Shown: positions 18,559 through 29,190, counted from the first letter of the stretch. The stretch: DNA of 64,000 nt from Gammaproteobacteria bacterium (GCA_963662545.2 CAXXLL010000002.1:2048001-2112000); one strand, 5' to 3'. Numbers and translations are program-made. The notes: generated from the letters alone by a model not told the origin.

Positions 18559-19731
18559 TCAGTAGCTCCGCGGCATCCCCAGGTTATGTTGAGCGACGAA
18601 GTTCAGGATCATTTCCTCCGACACCGGCGCAAATCGAAACAAGCGCTGATCGCGCCACAGGCGCTCGAGATGGAACTCACTGGCATAGCCCATACCGCCC
18701 AATGTCTGCATCGCCTGAATGGTGGCCTTGTCGCAGGCCTGCGAAGCGATCAGTTTCGCCAGATTCGATTCCGCGCCGTAAGCCTCCCCGGCGTCGCATA
18801 AGGACGCGGCTTTATAATTCATCATCCGCGCGCACTGGATCTCGGCATAGGCCTGCGCCAGTGGAAACTGAATGGCCTGATAGCTGCTGATGCTGCGCTC
18901 GCCGAAGACCTTGCGGTCATTGGCGTAGTTGACCGCCAGTTCGATCGCCAGATCGGCCGTGCCGACCAGGCCTGCCGTGGTCACGATGCGTTCGGTGTTC
19001 AGCACATCCAGCAGCGGTTTCCAACCGCGGTCGACTTCAGCGATCAACTCGTGTGGTTCGATGTAGACCTCGTCGAAGAAAATCGCGCTGGAATCGAGGG
19101 TATTAGTACCGAGCTTCTCGATCTTGGTGTAGCTCAAGCCCTCGCGCTCGACATCGATCAGAAAGAGCGTGATGCCGTCCGTCTTGCGCGCGACGGCATC
19201 ACGCTTTTTGGTGCGCGCGACGACGAGGATCTTATGCGCCGAGGCGGTGCCCGTGATCCAGTGCTTTTTGCCATTCAGCCGCCAGCCGTCGCCATCGGCC
19301 CGCGCGAAGGTCTTGATCTCGATCGAGTTCGTGCCCGCATCCGGCTCGGTTAAGCCCATACAACACATGAGGTCGCCACTGATGAGCGGCGGCAGGAGTT
19401 CCGCACGCATGGCCTCTGAACCGTACTGGTTGATCGCAACGCCACCGAAGATGGGATTCAACATGAACAACTGCCCAATGGTACTGCCACCGCCGGACTT
19501 GGCCAGCTGTTCGATGGCCAGCGCCATATCGAGCATGCCGAGGCCGCTGCCGCCAAATTCCGCCGGCAGGGTGACCCCACCGATCCCTACCTCACACACT
19601 TCCTTCCAGAAATCTCCTGGGAACTCTTTCGCCTTGTCGCGCTCGCGCCAGTAATCGAGCCCGAATTTTTCGCCGACCTTGCGCGCGGTGTCGCAGATCA
19701 TGCGCTGCTCTTCAGTAAGTGAGAAATCCAT
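18559..19731 (-). CDS. Acyl-CoA dehydrogenase
   Basis: GLTEPDAGT, LNGKKHWIT, QTLGGMGY, APVSEEM. Confidence 0.93.
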   Translation of the reverse strand: MDFSLTEEQRMICDTARKVGEKFGLDYWRERDKAKEFPGDFWKEVCEVGIGGVTLPAEFGGSGLGMLDMALAIEQLAKSGGGSTIGQLFMLNPIFGGVAINQYGSEAMRAELLPPLISGDLMCCMGLTEPDAGTNSIEIKTFARADGDGWRLNGKKHWITGTASAHKILVVARTKKRDAVARKTDGITLFLIDVEREGLSYTKIEKLGTNTLDSSAIFFDEVYIEPHELIAEVDRGWKPLLDVLNTERIVTTAGLVGTADLAIELAVNYANDRKVFGERSISSYQAIQFPLAQAYAEIQCARMMNYKAASLCDAGEAYGAESNLAKLIASQACDKATIQAMQTLGGMGYASEFHLERLWRDQRLFRFAPVSEEMILNFVAQHNLGMPRSY

Positions 19732-19748
19732 GCCGTTTCCTCCCGCAG

Positions 19749-20534
19749 TTACCGGCCCTGAAAATCCGGGGCGCGCTTTTCGAGAAAAGCACGGCAGCCT
19801 TCGTGGGCGTCCTTCGAGTCGAGCAGCAGCCCGACCATCGCCTGTTCGTATTGCAGGGCCGCGGCCATGGGCATGTCGCCACCGTGGATCATCGAACGCT
19901 TCAGTAGTTTGAGACTCAACGGCGACTTGCTGCTGATCTTAGCGGCCAGCTCGGTCACGCGGGCACGCAGTTCCGAACGTGGAAACACGTGGTTGACGAG
20001 CCCGTAGCTCAGGGCCTCGGCGGCGGTGATCTGCTCGCCCGTGAACATCATTTCCCGCGCGCGGCACGGCGGCAACTGGCGGAGCAGGCGCTGCGTGCCG
20101 CCGGCACCGGGAAACAGGCCCAGCGTGATCTCGGGAACCCCCAGGCGCGCCTCCTCGGCGACAACGCGGATATCGGTCGCGAGGATGATTTCGGTGCCGC
20201 CGCCAAGCGCCCAGCCGTTGACCGCAGCAATCGTCGGCTTGTCGCAGAGCTCGATGCGCCGGAACAGGCGGTGAATGATCTCGGCGAATTCCTGATAGTG
20301 TGCCAGCCCGTCGCGCGATTGCAGATCGGCGACGTCGCCGCCGGCGACAAAGGCCCGGTCCCCCGCGCCGGTCAAAATGATGACGCGTACGCCGTCGTCA
20401 TCCTCGGCGTGTGTAAACGCCTCGTCGAGTTCGCCCAATGTTTTGACGTCGAGGGCGTTTAGCGTGTCCGGTCGATTGATCGTGATCCACGCGTGATACC
20501 CCTCTAGCTCGTAGGTAATATTGTCATAACTCAT
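19749..20534 (-). CDS. Enoyl-CoA hydratase/isomerase (crotonase)
   Basis: AFVAGGD, ALGGGTE, PEITLGLFPGAGGTQRL; both catalytic Glu present. Confidence 0.92.
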   Translation of the reverse strand: MSYDNITYELEGYHAWITINRPDTLNALDVKTLGELDEAFTHAEDDDGVRVIILTGAGDRAFVAGGDVADLQSRDGLAHYQEFAEIIHRLFRRIELCDKPTIAAVNGWALGGGTEIILATDIRVVAEEARLGVPEITLGLFPGAGGTQRLLRQLPPCRAREMMFTGEQITAAEALSYGLVNHVFPRSELRARVTELAAKISSKSPLSLKLLKRSMIHGGDMPMAAALQYEQAMVGLLLDSKDAHEGCRAFLEKRAPDFQGR

Positions 20535-20709
20535 GGCTGACTCCTGAAGCTCGCGATAGTGTGGCCGGCCGCCACGTTGCAATTACGCCGTCCAGTTTAA
20601 CGTCAAGCAAACCACCATACAGTCCCCGGGTGGTGAAGCGGGGATAGATGCGCCATGGTCGGAGGCTAATTGTGGATTTATTTCGCGCACGTCCAGCTTA
20701 TCAAAATGA

Positions 20710-20771
20710 ACCACATAGGACACCGAACCACCTTATTGAAGTTTTTCGTATCCTCTCTGTGTCTCTGTGGT
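20710..20771. repeat. Degenerate ACCAC...CTCTGTGGT palindromic repeat in a divergent promoter region
   Basis: ACCACATAGGACAC ... CTCTGTGTCTCTGTGGT imperfect inverted repeat. Confidence 0.35.
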
Positions 20772-20840
20772 AAAAATAGCCGTTCCTAGACGGTATTATT
20801 TTTCGCCCAGCCACTAAATCCTTAGACTGAGACCATTCTC

Positions 20841-22025
20841 ATGGCCGACCGAAACGCACTCGATGGCATACGGGTCATCGACTTCTCCCGTTTTATCGCA
20901 GGTCCTTACTGCGCCACCTTGCTGGCCTACCTGGGCGCGGACGTCATTCGCGTCGAAAAACCGGACGGCGGCGAAGATCGTTTCGTCAGTCCCGTCAGTG
21001 AAACGGCCAGCGCAGTGTTTCTGCAAACCGGCTGCAACAAACGCAGCCTGTGCCTCGACCTCAAGCACGCGCGTGCCCTCGAAGTCGTGCGACGGCTCGT
21101 GGAAAGTGCTGATGTCGTCATCGCCAACATGCCGCCCGCGGTGTTGCGGCGCATGGGGATCGATTACGAAAGTCTTTGCGCGATCAAGCCCGATATCGTC
21201 CTCACCACGCAGACGGCCTACGGGCACGAGGGTCCTTGGCGGGACCGTTTGGGATTCGACGGTATCGGGCAGGCGATGTCGGGATCGGCCTTTCTGTCGG
21301 GGCAGCCGGGCCGTCCATCCCGCAGCGCCACGCCATTCGTGGACTTCGGCACTGCGGCACTCGGTGCGATGGGTACGATCGCGGCGCTCTATCACCGGCA
21401 ACAGACGGGAATGGGGCAACACGTACAGGCGTCGCTGCTCGGCACCGCGCTCGCCGCATTCAGCCCCGCCCTGATCGAACAGGCGGTCCTTGGTGTCAAC
21501 CGGGTGCCGAGCGGCAACCGCGGGCAGACCAGCGCACCGACCGATATCTTCAAGACTACCGACGGCTTCGTCGCGACCTTTGTCGTCGGCGCGGGCTTTT
21601 TCAATCGGATCGCCCGTGCGATCGGCGAAGCAGGCTGGTGTGATGATCCGGAACTCGCGACCGATGAACAACGCGGTAATCGGCGCGACGAAATCTGTGA
21701 GCGCGTGGCCGCATGGTGTGCCGAGCGAACTACCGAGGACATCGTCGAGACGCTTGCTCGCGCCGGCGTCCCGTGCGGGCCGGTGCTCGATCTCGATGCC
21801 GCGATGGCCCACCCCCAGGCACGGGCCATGAATTACCTGGGCGCCGTCAGCTACCCGGAATTGTCCGGAAAAATCCCGAGCCCGCGCTTTCCGCTGAGCA
21901 TGTCGGCGCTAGAACCTACCCAGAGTCCACCGCCGCAAATAGGGCAGCACACCGTCGAGGTGCTCGGCGAACTCGGTTATTCGCCGGAAGAAATTCGAGC
22001 GCTGGCGGGTGCAGGCGCCGTTTGA
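20841..22025 (+). CDS. CaiB/BaiF family III CoA-transferase
   Basis: LDGIRVIDFSRFIAGPY, GADVIRVE, NKRSLCLDLK, catalytic Asp in PFVDFG, GQHT.EVL. Confidence 0.93.
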   Translation: MADRNALDGIRVIDFSRFIAGPYCATLLAYLGADVIRVEKPDGGEDRFVSPVSETASAVFLQTGCNKRSLCLDLKHARALEVVRRLVESADVVIANMPPAVLRRMGIDYESLCAIKPDIVLTTQTAYGHEGPWRDRLGFDGIGQAMSGSAFLSGQPGRPSRSATPFVDFGTAALGAMGTIAALYHRQQTGMGQHVQASLLGTALAAFSPALIEQAVLGVNRVPSGNRGQTSAPTDIFKTTDGFVATFVVGAGFFNRIARAIGEAGWCDDPELATDEQRGNRRDEICERVAAWCAERTTEDIVETLARAGVPCGPVLDLDAAMAHPQARAMNYLGAVSYPELSGKIPSPRFPLSMSALEPTQSPPPQIGQHTVEVLGELGYSPEEIRALAGAGAV

Positions 22026-22131
22026 CAGCCGCATCCCCTAACCGCCTGTTGATTGGTCATTACCGCACGCCGCCATTAAACTCCCCCCATTGATTTGCAT
22101 CCATAGCGAACGACCGGAGAGCCTTGCCTAA

Positions 22132-23568
22132 ATGAGTTACGGGATCCTTTCATACGGCGCTTACGTCCCGCCGCTACGCCTGTCCCGGCAGGCCATTTTC
22201 GATGCCGTCGGGTGGGCCGTGCCGTCGCTGCGGGGCCTGGCCGCGGGTGAACGCTCGGTCGCCAATTGGGATGAAGACGCGATCACGCTCGCCGTCGAGG
22301 CCGGGCGAGACTGCTTGAATGGCGTCGAGGCCGAAATCGGCGAGCTCGCCCTGGCGTCGACTACGCTGCCTTTTGCCGACCGCAGCAACAGCGGCATCGC
22401 CGCCGACGCCTTGCTGCTCGAAAACCCCATCGTCACGCAAGATCTTTCGGGCAGCCGCCGCGCCGCGACGAGCGCGCTCGCACGCCTGGCGTGTTCTCCC
22501 GCCGCGGGCGCGAACACGCTGCTCCTGGCCAGCGATTGCCGCGAGACGCAGCCCGGCAGCGCGCAGGAAATGAAATATGGCCACGGCGCCGCCGCGCTGT
22601 TGATTGGAGAAGGGGCACCGCTGGCAGAGTTCCTCGCGGCGGCATCCAGTCACGAGGATTTGGTGGATCAATATCGCGCGGCCGATGCGGATTACGATTA
22701 CTCGCTCGAAGAACGCTGGGTCCGCGAAGAAGGGTATTTGAAGATCGTCCCGCAGGTCATAGAAGAGGCGGCGGCGGCCGCCGGCATCACCGCGGGAGAT
22801 ATCGAACACATCGTGCTGCATGGTCCGAGCAATGCGGCCCGCGCGTTGGCGAAGCACCTCAAGATCGACCTTAAGCGCTTCGTCGACCCCCTCACCGGCA
22901 CTTGCGGGGATTGTGGCGCAGCGCATCCAATGCTGATGCTCACCCTCGCGCTCTCGAACGCGGCGCCCGGCGATCGCATTCTCGTCGTTGGCTTCGGGCA
23001 GGGCGCGGACGCGGTCTTGCTCAAGACAACACCTGCGCTCACCGCGCTTCAATCGGGACGGGGACCGGAACGCTACCTCGCGCACTCGCGCCCGACGGAT
23101 AACTACACTTATTTTCTGTCGCTGCGCAACCGGATTTCGATCGATTTCGGCTTGCGCTCCGAGCGTGACAATCGCACCGCCATGTCAGCCTACTACCGCC
23201 GGCGGCGCGATATCACCTCGATGCTGGGCGGCCGCTGCCGTGAATGCAATACCCTGCAGTTTCCAAGGAGCCTCTTGTGCGTCAAGTGCAGTGCACAGGA
23301 TTCACAATCGCCCGAAAGCCTGTCGCCGATGCTCGGACGCGTGAAGTCGTTCACGGAGGACTGGCTGGCCTACACGCCGTCGCCGCCTTACATCTACGGA
23401 CACGTGGAATTTCAGGACGGCGCGAACGTCATGCTCGAGTTCACCGACTTCCAAGCCGGCCAGGTTACCGTCGGCGACACGGTGCGCATGGTCTTTCGCG
23501 TCAAGGATTTCGATTTGAAGCGGAATTTCCGCCGATACTTTTGGAAACCGGCGCCGTTGCTCGATTAA
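22132..23568 (+). CDS. HMG-CoA synthase/KASIII-like domain fused to a DUF35 Zn-ribbon/OB-fold
   Basis: GILSYGAYVP, ERSVANWDEDAITLAVEA, VVGFGQGAD, then C-terminal CRECN..QFP..CVKC and OB-fold ending RRYFWK. Confidence 0.85.
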   Translation: MSYGILSYGAYVPPLRLSRQAIFDAVGWAVPSLRGLAAGERSVANWDEDAITLAVEAGRDCLNGVEAEIGELALASTTLPFADRSNSGIAADALLLENPIVTQDLSGSRRAATSALARLACSPAAGANTLLLASDCRETQPGSAQEMKYGHGAAALLIGEGAPLAEFLAAASSHEDLVDQYRAADADYDYSLEERWVREEGYLKIVPQVIEEAAAAAGITAGDIEHIVLHGPSNAARALAKHLKIDLKRFVDPLTGTCGDCGAAHPMLMLTLALSNAAPGDRILVVGFGQGADAVLLKTTPALTALQSGRGPERYLAHSRPTDNYTYFLSLRNRISIDFGLRSERDNRTAMSAYYRRRRDITSMLGGRCRECNTLQFPRSLLCVKCSAQDSQSPESLSPMLGRVKSFTEDWLAYTPSPPYIYGHVEFQDGANVMLEFTDFQAGQVTVGDTVRMVFRVKDFDLKRNFRRYFWKPAPLLD

Positions 23569-23588
23569 GGAACCAGGAGGATTCAATC

Positions 23589-24791
23589 ATGGCTAGGGGA
23601 ATCAAAGACAAGGTCGCCATCATCGGCATGGGATGCACGAAATTCGGCGAGCGTTGGGACTGCGGTCCGGAGGAATTGATCGTGGAGGCGTTCAACGAAG
23701 CGCTCGCGGACGCCGGCATCGATCGTGACGATATCGAGATGGGATGGCTGGGATTGTTCTTCCAGGAGCAGAGTGCCGGAAAATCGGCGCTGCCCTTGAG
23801 TCTCGCCCTGCGGCTGCCCAACATTCCGGTCACGCGTGTCGAAAATATGTGCGCGACTGGAACCGAGGCCTTGCGCGGCGCCGTTTACGCAGTCGCGGCC
23901 GGCGCCTGCGACATCGCGCTCGCGGTCGGCGTAGAAAAGCTGAAAGACACCGGTTACTCAGGCTTACCCGAGCGCAGTAAAGGTACTTTCGACGACCTGT
24001 GGCTGCCCAATGCCACGGCGCCGGGCGCTTTCGCGCAACTGGCCAGCGCGTATGCGTCGAAACATCAGTGTGACATGAGTGATCTTAAACGCGCGATGGC
24101 CCATATCTCGGTTAAAAGCCACGCCAATGGCGTGCTCAATCCGAAAGCGCACCTGCAGAAGGAGATCACCGAGGATCAGGCCTTGAACGCACCCATGGTG
24201 GCCTATCCGCTCGGCCTGTTCGATTGCTGTGGCGTCAGCGACGGCTCGGCCTGCGCTATCGTCACGACCGTCGAAAAGGCACGGGAGATGGGCATTAAGG
24301 ACATGGTGACGGTGAAAGCGATGCAGCTTGCCCCCAGCATGGGCCTCGAAATGTCGAATTCCGACTGGGACGGCAGCTACCTGCTGACGACGCGTGTGGC
24401 GGCCAAACGCGCCTATAAGGAAGCCGGGATCAGCAATCCGCGCGCCGAACTCGACATGACCGAGGTCCACGATTGCTTTTCAATCACCGAACTCGTGGTC
24501 ATGGAAGATCTGAACCTCGCCGATGAAGGCGGCGCGATCAAGGCGGTGCTCGATGGCAATTTCGATCGCGACGGAAACGTGCCCTGCCAGATCGACGGCG
24601 GCCTCAAGTGTTTCGGACACCCGATCGGCGCCAGCGGTCTACGCATGGCCTACGAGATTTATTTACAGCTACTGGGTCGCGCCGGCGAGCGCCAGCTAAG
24701 CAGCCCGTCGCTCGGGTTGACCCATAATCTCGGCGGGCAGCCGTACCGTAATGTTGCCAGCGTTTCGGTATTCGGTCTTCACAGCGCGTGA
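23589..24791 (+). CDS. Acetyl-CoA acetyltransferase, SCP2/archaeal-type thiolase
   Basis: VENMCATG, HDCF, GHPIGASG, THNLGG; AGGAGG RBS before ATG 23589. Confidence 0.9.
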   Translation: MARGIKDKVAIIGMGCTKFGERWDCGPEELIVEAFNEALADAGIDRDDIEMGWLGLFFQEQSAGKSALPLSLALRLPNIPVTRVENMCATGTEALRGAVYAVAAGACDIALAVGVEKLKDTGYSGLPERSKGTFDDLWLPNATAPGAFAQLASAYASKHQCDMSDLKRAMAHISVKSHANGVLNPKAHLQKEITEDQALNAPMVAYPLGLFDCCGVSDGSACAIVTTVEKAREMGIKDMVTVKAMQLAPSMGLEMSNSDWDGSYLLTTRVAAKRAYKEAGISNPRAELDMTEVHDCFSITELVVMEDLNLADEGGAIKAVLDGNFDRDGNVPCQIDGGLKCFGHPIGASGLRMAYEIYLQLLGRAGERQLSSPSLGLTHNLGGQPYRNVASVSVFGLHSA

Positions 24792-24878
24792 GTCGACCGA
24801 TCATTTGGCGCCCGCTTGCGCGCGAAATGTAAGCCATTGCATATCTTTAAACAGCATACTGGATCCGGGACCCTATAA

Positions 24879-26024
24879 ATGAACGCCTATCGCTCTCCCT
24901 GGATGACCTCAGACCATGAGATCTACCGCGACACCGTGCGAAAATTCATCACCGCGGAATTCGTGCCAGAGCGCGAGCGCTGGATCGAGCAGGGGTATCC
25001 GGAACCCGAGTATTGGACGCGAGCGGGGGAGGTTGGCCTGTTGTGTCCGGACGTCCCGGCAGAGTACGGCGGCGGCGGCGGAGATTTCGGCTTCGACGCG
25101 ATCACCTACGAGGAACTGCAACGCGCGTGCATCTCGAGCTTTGGCAACGGCATCCAGAGCATCGTCGGACATTACCTCGTGCGGTATGGAACCGAAGAAC
25201 AGAAGCATCAATGGCTGCCGCGTATGGCGACCGGCGAGATCATCACGGCCGTCGCCATGACCGAGCCCGGTACTGGATCAGATTTGCAGGCAGTCACCAC
25301 TCGCGCCATCAGAGACGGCGATGAATACCTGCTGACCGGCACCAAAACGTTCATCACCAACGGGTACAACGCCAATCTCATCTGCGTCGTGTGCAAAACC
25401 GATCCGAAAGCGCGCGCCAAAGGGATCTCCATGCTGATGGTCGAGACCGAGGAGCTCGAAGGTTTTCGCCGCAACAAGCCGTTGAAAAAAATCGGCATGA
25501 AGGGTCAGGACACCTGCGAATTGTTCTTCGACGATTGCCGCGTTCCGATCGGAAACATCCTCGGCGGCGAAGAGGGCCAGGGGTTTTATCAATTGATGAA
25601 CCAGCTCCCGCGTGAACGGCTGATCATCGCCGCGGGCGCGGTCGCGGCGATGGAAATAGTGATCGACATCACCGTCGATTACGTCAAGCAGCGCAAGGCC
25701 TTCGGCCAGACCCTGATGGATTTTCAGAACACCAAGTTCAAACTGGCGGAGCTCAAAACCGAAGCGCGGATCGCGCGCGTCTTCCTCGACGACTGCATCG
25801 AGAAGCTGAACAACGACCTGCTCGACAACGAGACCGCATCGATGGCGAAGTGGTGGTGTACTGAGAAGCAGTTCGAAACCGCGCATCAATGCCTGCAACT
25901 GCACGGTGGCTACGGCTACATGATGGAATATCCCATCGCTCACTATTTTGCCGACAGCCGTGTCAGCATGATCTATGGCGGTTCGAACGAAATCATGAAA
26001 GAATTAATTTCACGTTCTTTGTAA
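24879..26024 (+). CDS. Acyl-CoA dehydrogenase (long-chain type)
   Basis: AMTEPGTGSDLQ, KTFITNG, QLHGGYGYM, IYGGSNEIMK. Confidence 0.93.
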   Translation: MNAYRSPWMTSDHEIYRDTVRKFITAEFVPERERWIEQGYPEPEYWTRAGEVGLLCPDVPAEYGGGGGDFGFDAITYEELQRACISSFGNGIQSIVGHYLVRYGTEEQKHQWLPRMATGEIITAVAMTEPGTGSDLQAVTTRAIRDGDEYLLTGTKTFITNGYNANLICVVCKTDPKARAKGISMLMVETEELEGFRRNKPLKKIGMKGQDTCELFFDDCRVPIGNILGGEEGQGFYQLMNQLPRERLIIAAGAVAAMEIVIDITVDYVKQRKAFGQTLMDFQNTKFKLAELKTEARIARVFLDDCIEKLNNDLLDNETASMAKWWCTEKQFETAHQCLQLHGGYGYMMEYPIAHYFADSRVSMIYGGSNEIMKELISRSL

Positions 26025-26045
26025 AAACGCTGCGATTATTCAAAG

Positions 26046-27578
26046 ATGACGGCGAACGCGAACCTCTTCGCGCGGTTCGAAGCCGGATTTGTCCGCGACG
26101 CCTGTTTCCTGGAATCGGCACACACTCCGACACATACCTACCGCGACCTCGATGCATGGACAGCGCGCGCCGCGAATACCTTGGTGGAACTCGGGCTACG
26201 CCCGGGCGACCGGGTAAGCGTGATCGCCGAAAAATCGATCGGCGCGCTCTGGCTTTTCTTGGGTTGTCTGCGGGCGGGGTGCATTTATCAACCGCTAAAC
26301 CCGTCCTATACCGAGAACGAATTGTCATTTTTTCTGACCGACGCCGGTTCGCGCCTGGTGATCTGCGATCCGGCGTTGGCGTCGCGCGTCGGCGCGGCAT
26401 CCATCGATTGTTCAGAACTCGAACACGTCCTGACCCTGGACCCGCAAGGGCAGGGGTCACTGGCGGAGCTTTGGCGCGATGCGGACCCGAATTTCGAGAC
26501 CGCCACGTCGTCCACGGAGGACATTGCCGCGCTGCTTTATTCTTCGGGAACGACGGGCCGTCCCAAAGGCATTCCGCTGACGCACGGCAATCTCTATACG
26601 AATGCTGTCGATCTGATGAAGACCTGGGCGTTTTCCAAAGCGGACGTGTTGCTGCACGTCTTACCGATCTACCACGTCCACGGCCTGTTCGTCGTGCTCG
26701 GACCGGCGCTACTGGCCGGCATGCGGGTGCGCTTCCTATCCCGCTTCGATCCGGAGGCGGTCATCGAGGCGCTGCCCGGCGCTACCATCATGGCCGGCGT
26801 GCCGACCTACTATACCCGGCTGTTGCGCAGCACTGCCTTCGGACGGGAAACCTGCGCCAGTGTGCGTGTTTTTATATCGGGTTCTGCGCCCTTGAGCGAG
26901 GCAACGTTCAGGCGCTTTTACGAGCGCACAGGCCATACGATCCTCGAACGCTACGGGATGACGGAAACTGGTATCAATAACTCCAATCCGCTGAGCGGCG
27001 CGCGCAAACCAGGCTCGGTCGGCCCGCCGCTGCCGGACGTTTCACTGCGCATTGCCGACGATGCCGGCGCGCCCCTCGGCGTGACCGAGATCGGCAACAT
27101 CGAAGTACAGGGCGGCAATGTATTCAGTGGATACTGGCGCCTGCCGGAGACACATGCAGAAGCTTTCACGAACGACGGTTTCTTTCGCACGGGCGACCAG
27201 GGCTACCTCGATGACGACGGCTATTTGTTTATCGTCGGCCGCAGCAAGGACATGATCATCAGCGGCGGGCTCAACGTGTACCCCAAGGAAGTGGAGCGTG
27301 AGATCGAGTCGTTTGCTGCGGTCGACGAAGTCGCGGTCTTCGGCGTTCCCCATGACGATTACGGGGAAGCGGTTGTTGCCGTAGTCGTCGAAAAGGACGG
27401 TGCGCAGTTCGACGAAGCCGATGCGATCGACGCGCTGAAAGTAAAGCTGGCCGGATATAAGGTGCCCAAACGCATGCTCGTCATCGACGAAATGCCGTTT
27501 AACAGTATGGGTAAGGTGCAGAAATCCCGATTGCGGGATCGCTTCAACGATCTGTTCGGATGCCGCACGAGCGCTTGA
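26046..27578 (+). CDS. matB: Malonyl-CoA synthetase-like acyl-CoA ligase
   Basis: YSSGTTGRPKG, LPIYHVHGL, GVPTYYTRL, ERYGMTET, MGKVQK. Confidence 0.75.
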   Translation: MTANANLFARFEAGFVRDACFLESAHTPTHTYRDLDAWTARAANTLVELGLRPGDRVSVIAEKSIGALWLFLGCLRAGCIYQPLNPSYTENELSFFLTDAGSRLVICDPALASRVGAASIDCSELEHVLTLDPQGQGSLAELWRDADPNFETATSSTEDIAALLYSSGTTGRPKGIPLTHGNLYTNAVDLMKTWAFSKADVLLHVLPIYHVHGLFVVLGPALLAGMRVRFLSRFDPEAVIEALPGATIMAGVPTYYTRLLRSTAFGRETCASVRVFISGSAPLSEATFRRFYERTGHTILERYGMTETGINNSNPLSGARKPGSVGPPLPDVSLRIADDAGAPLGVTEIGNIEVQGGNVFSGYWRLPETHAEAFTNDGFFRTGDQGYLDDDGYLFIVGRSKDMIISGGLNVYPKEVEREIESFAAVDEVAVFGVPHDDYGEAVVAVVVEKDGAQFDEADAIDALKVKLAGYKVPKRMLVIDEMPFNSMGKVQKSRLRDRFNDLFGCRTSA

Positions 27579-27597
27579 GCGGCAGCTGATCAACACG

Positions 27598-29190
27598 ATG
27601 CCCGCGCATCGCCAAGCGCACTTCTACGAGCTACTAGCCGCCGCCGTCACGGGACTGCTGACACTGGCGTTCTATATCTTTGTTTCGCTCAAGGATACGC
27701 TGCACGGCATCAGTACCGACGCGGCGGTCTACGTGCTGATGGCGGACTATTATTCTCCTTATCGCCCGCACGAATTCACGTTTGCGGGTCATCTTTTCGA
27801 AACCTATGCCTATCCGCCGCTCTACCCGATGGTCCTCGGACTGCTCGGCGGCGGCACCGTTTCCCCCGTGGCCAACTACGCTATCGGTTCGGTATTTCTA
27901 GCCGTCTCGATGATCCTGATTTTCGTCTGGGTCGCGCGCCGCGGAGCAAATTTCGCAATGGCCGCGGTGACGACGGCCGTCATCGCGCTCAGCCCGGCGG
28001 CCCTATTCGTCGCGCTCGGCGTGTTCAGTGAGCCGCTTTATCTCGCCTTGTCGTTCGGCGCATTCGTCACCTTGACCGCCCGTCCCCCGGATGCCCGGCA
28101 CTGGCATACGGCGGCGTTGCTCTTCGGGCTCTCCGCCGTAACGCGATCCGTGGGTATCTTCGCGGTCGCGAGCTTCGTGCTCTACTGGTTCTTGCAAACA
28201 CGCGGCCGTCGCTTCCGGGGTGCGCCGGTAATCGCCCTGGCGCTGCCGGCGTGCTGGACCGCGGTCAAATGGTCGCAGGGCTGGAAGGCGAGTTATATCG
28301 GCTCTATGTTCGAAGAAGGCGCAGGCGGCGCACTGACCGATACGATCGAACAAATCCCCGTCAACTTGGAAGCGCTGTGGTATCACCTGGTGCGAAGCTT
28401 CGATTTACTCGGCGGATCCCACGTTGCTGCGGCGCTCGTCCCACTGCTCGCGCTGGCCGCGTTCACGTTTATACGGCGTTTGCGCGCGGGCGAACTCGAC
28501 GCGCTCTACGTCGCCATTTATGTCGCAGTTATCGTCGTTTGGCCGTACCCGAATCACATGCGTCGGTTTCTGCTGATGATCCTGCCTTTCATCGTCGCGT
28601 ATTGGATGTGGGGTGCCGTCGCGCTGGCACAACGGGCGCGCTTTGCATCCTTGCCGCCGCTGGTGCAGTGGACAACGGCGGCGGTCATGGTCAGCATCAT
28701 CCTACCGAGTACGCTTTTTTTCACGGTGCAGATTCAACAGTACGCGGGCACAGCGCAGGCCGACAAACCGAAAATAGCCGCCTGGTACGGCCGTGACAGC
28801 CAGGCGGAATCGCTCGCGGCGATCGAATTCGGCAGCCGCCTGCTCAACGCCATCGCCGACACGGGGCGCCATGTTCCGGATGGCGCGTGCGTGACCTCGA
28901 CGATGCCCGAGTTCGTTCAGTTGCATGCGCGACGCAAGAGCCTGCGCCCGCCGCGGGCGGGTCCAGGCAACGCCGATATCCTGCGACACGTCGAACACTG
29001 TCCCTACGTCCTCATGGTCCGCGCGGCCCTTTTTCCATCCACGGGTTACGCTTTTTATTACCCACTGCGCGAGCTGCAGCACCAGTTGGAAGTACTGCAC
29101 CGGGTGCCGCTGGACATGAACGAAGCCGGCAGCGAGCCGTTGTTGATCCTGGCCCGGTTTACGGGCCGCTCGGTGCAAGGTAATGAATAG
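27598..29190 (+). CDS. Multi-pass membrane protein, GT-C (ArnT/PMT-like) fold candidate
   Basis: Many TM segments, first-loop STDAAVY, YPPLYP, FSEPLY, soluble C-terminal domain. Confidence 0.5.
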   Translation: MPAHRQAHFYELLAAAVTGLLTLAFYIFVSLKDTLHGISTDAAVYVLMADYYSPYRPHEFTFAGHLFETYAYPPLYPMVLGLLGGGTVSPVANYAIGSVFLAVSMILIFVWVARRGANFAMAAVTTAVIALSPAALFVALGVFSEPLYLALSFGAFVTLTARPPDARHWHTAALLFGLSAVTRSVGIFAVASFVLYWFLQTRGRRFRGAPVIALALPACWTAVKWSQGWKASYIGSMFEEGAGGALTDTIEQIPVNLEALWYHLVRSFDLLGGSHVAAALVPLLALAAFTFIRRLRAGELDALYVAIYVAVIVVWPYPNHMRRFLLMILPFIVAYWMWGAVALAQRARFASLPPLVQWTTAAVMVSIILPSTLFFTVQIQQYAGTAQADKPKIAAWYGRDSQAESLAAIEFGSRLLNAIADTGRHVPDGACVTSTMPEFVQLHARRKSLRPPRAGPGNADILRHVEHCPYVLMVRAALFPSTGYAFYYPLRELQHQLEVLHRVPLDMNEAGSEPLLILARFTGRSVQGNE

